Assembly: GCA_965637545.1 (NCBI GenBank)
Contig: OZ281495.1
Location: 3,224,001 to 3,288,000 of the forward strand
Direction of reading: 5' to 3'
Length of the DNA: 64,000 nucleotides
DNA from: Phallusia mammillata
Lineage: Eukaryota
The position numbers were made by a program, and so were the translations under genes. Below the pieces are notes generated by a model. That model ran no database searches, was not told the origin of the DNA, and saw only the letters and a program-made list of their open reading frames with translations. Below are positions 59,398 through 64,000 of the stretch, in pieces; position 1 is the first letter of the stretch, and every line of letters starts with the position of its first letter.

Positions 59398-61992
59398 TCA
59401 ACTGCCTTAAATGATGATGTTCAGTCGCCTACAGAAGTTTTAAGCGATTTAGATGAAAGCGTTCGCAGTGTGACAGAGGTTTTAGTAAAAACAGTCGCTT
59501 TGAATCAACCGCTATCGTATTTGTCAACTGCATTAAATGATGATGTTCAGTCGCCTACAGAAGTTTTAAGCGATTTCGATGAAAGCGTTCGTAGTGTGAC
59601 AGAGGTTTCCGAACAAACCGTTGTTTCGGATGACCAAAATTCGAATTTGTCCTCTGAAAACCTTGAAGTGCCTATGGATGTTTTATCCGAAAAAGATAAC
59701 GAAATATGCGACTCTAACCCGTTTTATGATGTGTCGGTATTAGATACCACAACCATTGAAGACCTTGGTGGGGTTGGTGACAAAACCAAAAAAAAAGCAT
59801 CGGCATGTAGACATGGTCAGGGTTGAGGATGTCATAAATTTTCGCTAGAAGATTGGAGAAACATGGTGGCAGATCGTACAAGAAATCGTTTTGGTACCGA
59901 CTTATATCGTGAGCTGGTTTTAGACAAAATTCGAAAGGTGTATTGCTCGTGCGTTCCAAACTTTTCAAACAATTACTTGGTTGATGTTGATGGTGTTGCA
60001 ACAATTACAAACCAAGACGATTGTTACAAAGAAGGTTGGGTAAATTTGTATTGCAGCCCTAGAAACTGCAAAAACTGTAAATGTGAGGTAAAATATTCAA
60101 TTACATTCGTGTCATATGTTGATAAAGTGGAAGTGCACGTAAAGGTGAGTGGATATCGAAATCATCAACCTGGGTGTAAAAGGCGAAGAAGAGTTACTGG
60201 TTCGTTTAGGAATACCCTGCGCAAAAGCATGCAAACGAAGACCGCTGTTAAAGAGTACAGAGAACTTTACGACCAAATGGAACCGGAAGAACGTTGGTTA
60301 GGTGCGCACACATATCTGCCGTCCCAATCTGTATTGAATAATAGTAGAAGTGAAGGAAGTCTAGGTCGCCGAATAAGCAAATTGTGGTACATTAATCTAA
60401 ATACTTTACGCTTAGAAATGGAAAAGGAAAGCCAATACTTTATCAGACACATTTCTGTTCATCCGCCAATGGTGGTAATGTATTCCGAAGCGCAGGTAAA
60501 AACTTTCAATCAAATTTGTGTGTTTGATATTGCGTACTTAGATTCGACAGGAAGCATTTTGCGACGATTTGAAAATTATTCCGATTTTCAGGTGTACACC
60601 TTATTGATTAGAAACCCAACACAAGGTGGAACTCCCCTTCCCGTAGCAACATGTGTCAGTTGTTTACATGATGCAAATACAATTAGTCATTTTCTGGAAA
60701 ACTTTTTGTTCGACGTGGCTAAAATTTGTGGTCGTGCTAAAAGACCATCGCTAATTATAATTGATGGGTCAATGGCGATGTGGAACGTTGCATTGAAAGC
60801 GATATTGCATGAAACGCGATTAGACTTTTACAACCGCTGTTTCAAAATTGTGACCGGGAGATTTGACGAGGTTGACTTGACCAAAACTATCTTTCATAAT
60901 TGCTACAGTCATGCCATGAAAGCTGCCAAGTGTTTATGCCATAAATACAGCAATAAACGTAAAATCGTTACAACTTACTTGTTTTGGATTAACGTAATGT
61001 TTTCATGCACGACGCTACCTGAACTAGATGAGGTCGTAGAAAGTTTTTACATTTTGACAAACTGTAAAAAAACCTCTGCGTTGGTTTGCGACGAAAATGT
61101 TTATTGCAACCCTCAGTTGTGTGAGAAGGTACTGGAAATTATTTTAAGTAGAATTTGCGCATCCTCGCAGTTAATGCTGGGAGATTTAACTCGGCATGAC
61201 ACAAAAGGCAATCAATCAAGCGAACAACTCGATGCGTACGAAGCATTTTTCAAAAAGTGTGAAATTTTGCAACAAGCTGGTCACCAAACTATTATGTTAA
61301 ACAATCAAACTCAAGGTATAATTGAAGAACATTTCGGAGACATGAAAGTTAATTTTATTGATGGCAAGCGTGTAGGGCGAATTGACGACTTTGTGGTAAA
61401 ATACTTCAACGCCATAAAGGTTTTACAAAAACAGTTCGCCGACTCTGTGCAACACCTTACAACAACTCCTAAAAAAGTCTCGAAAACACAATTTGTTCCG
61501 TTTGCAACTTCGACGCCTATGGTTGTGTCTAAGTTTAAGAAAAGAAAACGCAATGCGACCAGTTTTTACTCGTCACAAGGTTTCGTGAAACAGCTAAAAT
61601 ATCAAAATAAGGCAACTTCGTTACAGGACAGTACCGAAGTGACTGACACGCCTGTTATTCCTGCTTTCATATTTTGTCCCAATAATGACGATGTTGTTGC
61701 AACGTGCAAACCCGTAGCAGATCTCGTTTGGAATAAGGTTCCTTTAAACCCAGTAACAATTGCAAATTCGGCTCTTGTTATGCCATGTAACCAAACGTTA
61801 TCATGGCTGGATTTGTGCTCTATTTGTCCTAAGCCAATTGGTTCTACATACAAAGCTTTGACGCAAAACGCATACAAGTCCCACTCCGATCAAACGCTTG
61901 GTTGGTTAACAGACAAGGCTGTTGATCATTATATTGCACGAGTTGTTCGTCTTTGTAACTATTTACGTGCTGATCAATTTCTGATTTTCTGA
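59365..61992 (+). CDS. Mutator/NOF-FB-like DDE transposase, interrupted by one in-frame TGA (59824-59826); C-terminus starts a Ulp1-like domain
   Basis: ORFs 59365-59826 and 59863-61992 are in the same frame. Motifs: YLDSTGS (D 60541), IIIDGS (D 60763), CYSH (MULE CxxH, 60901), IIEEHFGDMK (E ~61324), KFKKRKR basic stretch, then GWLTDKAVDHYI (Ulp1 N-motif). Confidence 0.82.
59398..59608 (+). repeat. In-frame 126-nt-offset coding duplication (STALNDDVQSPTEVLSD.DESVRSVTEV x2)
   Basis: Near-identical ~85-nt blocks at 59398 and 59524. Confidence 0.95.
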
Positions 61993-62017
61993 TGCCAATA
62001 ACGTGGAGATGTAGTGC

Positions 62018-63694
62018 GTGCAACAGAACAACGGTTCAAGTTGTGGGGTATGTGTTTGCTACACCGTTGATTTAATTGCAGCAGAAACCCTGGGTATGAG
62101 CGTTTTTCCGTTTGACGAATTTAGTTTTCGACAATGGCAGACTTATGCATTAATTGAGAATTCGTGCAAATGTAATGTTCAAATTAAAGCAGGAATGGAA
62201 AACGATTTTTTAACTACTTGTGGTCTTCCAAATGATTTTAATAATTGCTGGATGAATTCAACTTTGCAAGCGGTTCAAAGTCTTGTTGTTGAGCTGCCTA
62301 AAAGTTTTGTTCAGAACATACAAGGAAAGCTAGCTGGTTACATTTGCAGTTTAGTGCAGAAAAAAGTTGAAGTTGACTCATACACCGCATTAATCGAAGA
62401 AGTTTGCAGATACAAAACATGGAAAGTAGGAGAGGACCAAGATGTTAGTGAGTTTTTCACACTTTGCGACTTTGAACTGGTTTTGCAGCATTGCAAATTA
62501 AATACGCGTTTTCAACTTAAGACATCAAATACGTGTGTGGTTTGTGGTACGGTGTCAAGAACAGTGAATAATCAAAGCATTATATTTCTGTCAATGTTTC
62601 AAAATATACCCGACAACCAACTTCTATCCGAGTATTTTAATGCAGAACTTAATGATACTGTCGCTGCCCACTGCTCAGTTTGCGGTGAACATACGGAATC
62701 ATCTGTGGCATCACAAGTAGACAACGCTTCGGAAATATTTTGCTTGGCATTAAAGCGGAACGTTTTGCAAAAGAAGTGTTGTACTTCAGTAAACCCTGAT
62801 AGAACTCTATCCTTACAATGTTTTTCGCAAACGTATCCCTACAAGTTAGTTTCTGTGGTAGTTCATATGGGATCTAACGTTGCATCTGGTCATTATGTGT
62901 GCTATAGATTTGATGAACTAGGATTAACCCTCTTCAATGATAAAATGGTAAAACGGACATTATTTGAATGCGAAAAAGAAAACATTCTGACTGGAAGTTG
63001 CCTGTTTTTTTACAAACGAATCGGCGGAGATGTTGACGCCATTGCCAAAACTGTAACTCCAACGACGTCAGTTAAAGTAATAGTTAGACGGCGACGTCAC
63101 GTCAACTTGTCATCTGTTACAACGAAAGACATTGTTGTCAGCAAAGACATAGATCTACACCAATCAGTTGACGATAATTTAATTCTGATTTCGGACTTTG
63201 AAAACCTACACTCAGAAACAAAAGAAACGTACAAATATATTGCTCACAATCTGCATACAATTCTTTCCAAAACGTTTAATGAAGCCAAATGCTTACCCGA
63301 GTGTTATCGTATGTGTTTATTTCATGAAAAGCGCAGAAGTGAACTGATTGGCATAAATCAAGAATTTAGGTTTTGTAAGGGTTTAAATAAAGAATGCCTT
63401 GAGAATGTTGTGCGCTTTGTTGATCACAAATTCTGTCGTTCTCGCGTGCGTCAGCGTTTTATTGGACAACAAATATTTAGAGAATCTTATGTGGGAAAAG
63501 AACTGAAATCTGAATATTCGCCGACAGGAAGTTTGATTTCTTCCGCGCTTGAAAATACTCCTTTTGATATCAACTTGTTTCTAACCCACGTACTAAATTT
63601 GGAAGCTTATATACATTGCGCCATGAAGGTGAAGAATATGTCGTACGTAGATGCTTCTAGAGAAATGGGTATGTCGGCAAAAACTTTTCAATGA
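62018..63694 (+). CDS. Ulp1 Cys motif + ubiquitin-specific protease (USP/peptidase C19) domain + unknown C-terminal region; transposon cargo
   Basis: QQNNGSSCG (Ulp1 Gln/Cys); Cys box GLPNDFNNCWMNSTLQ (C 62246); QDVSEF; two CxxC (CVVCG, CSVCG); His box YKLVSVVVHMGSNVASGHYVCY (H 62891); FND (62933-62941); CLFFYKR. Confidence 0.88.
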   Translation: MQQNNGSSCGVCVCYTVDLIAAETLGMSVFPFDEFSFRQWQTYALIENSCKCNVQIKAGMENDFLTTCGLPNDFNNCWMNSTLQAVQSLVVELPKSFVQNIQGKLAGYICSLVQKKVEVDSYTALIEEVCRYKTWKVGEDQDVSEFFTLCDFELVLQHCKLNTRFQLKTSNTCVVCGTVSRTVNNQSIIFLSMFQNIPDNQLLSEYFNAELNDTVAAHCSVCGEHTESSVASQVDNASEIFCLALKRNVLQKKCCTSVNPDRTLSLQCFSQTYPYKLVSVVVHMGSNVASGHYVCYRFDELGLTLFNDKMVKRTLFECEKENILTGSCLFFYKRIGGDVDAIAKTVTPTTSVKVIVRRRRHVNLSSVTTKDIVVSKDIDLHQSVDDNLILISDFENLHSETKETYKYIAHNLHTILSKTFNEAKCLPECYRMCLFHEKRRSELIGINQEFRFCKGLNKECLENVVRFVDHKFCRSRVRQRFIGQQIFRESYVGKELKSEYSPTGSLISSALENTPFDINLFLTHVLNLEAYIHCAMKVKNMSYVDASREMGMSAKTFQ

Positions 63695-64000
63695 TATTAA
63701 AAACGTATAAAAATGTTGATCTTCGTATTAAATGAATCCATCAAAAAATTGCATGAAAAAAAATCGCATTGCATGAAAAAATTGCATTTCCATGTTACAA
63801 TGTTGCGCTATGTGCATGCACTGCATGAAAGCTAGCAGTTTTTTTTCTTTGTTTGGACAAATAATTTATCAGGAAATTGTAACCATTGCCCAAAGAATAA
63901 CACTACATTGTAATGGTTAAACTATTAAATTTGTTCAAACAAAGATTTTATCTGCAAAAAATAAAACCACTACTGTTGTCGGAACCTTGACATTGGTGTA

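Larger units (their letters stand above)
57690..64000 (+). mobile_element. Large Mutator/Foldback(NOF)-like DNA transposon; right end probably outside the window
   Basis: Intronless MULE-type transposase and protease ORFs preceded by a tandem array. Homology of the flank with the 25.3-27.8 kb paralogous block breaks at ~57670, consistent with an insertion. No right TIR or TSD is visible. Confidence 0.65.

Overview
This is AT-rich eukaryotic (metazoan) genomic DNA with short GT-AG introns and many MITEs. An invertebrate such as an ascidian is plausible, but I cannot identify the species from sequence alone. No prokaryote-type features, rRNA or CRISPR were seen. (1) The minus strand carries two paralogous multi-exon RIPK-like (TKL) kinase genes with identical 5' exon structure. 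Gene 1 (ATG at 18475) encodes kinase + S/T/Q/P-rich cassette exons + a CIN85/CD2AP-like SH3, and possibly a terminal TPR exon at 3284-4044. Gene 2 (ATG at 50829) encodes kinase + 12 cassette exons and then either stops at 43323 or splices in frame into two tandem [helical/TPR-like + ZU5(HFS) + UPA-like] modules (33.1-42.9 kb). All exon models were assembled by hand from splice signals and phase and need RNA confirmation. (2) At 57.7-63.7 kb a Mutator/NOF-FB-like DDE transposon follows a 186-bp tandem array and carries a broken Ulp1/SENP protease and an intact-looking USP deubiquitinase domain. (3) A degenerate tandem array (19-25.4 kb), a ~2.5-kb segmental duplication (25.3-27.8 vs 55.1-57.7 kb), a long-TIR element with nested hAT MITEs, and several hAT MITEs with perfect 8-bp TSDs fill the intergenic space.
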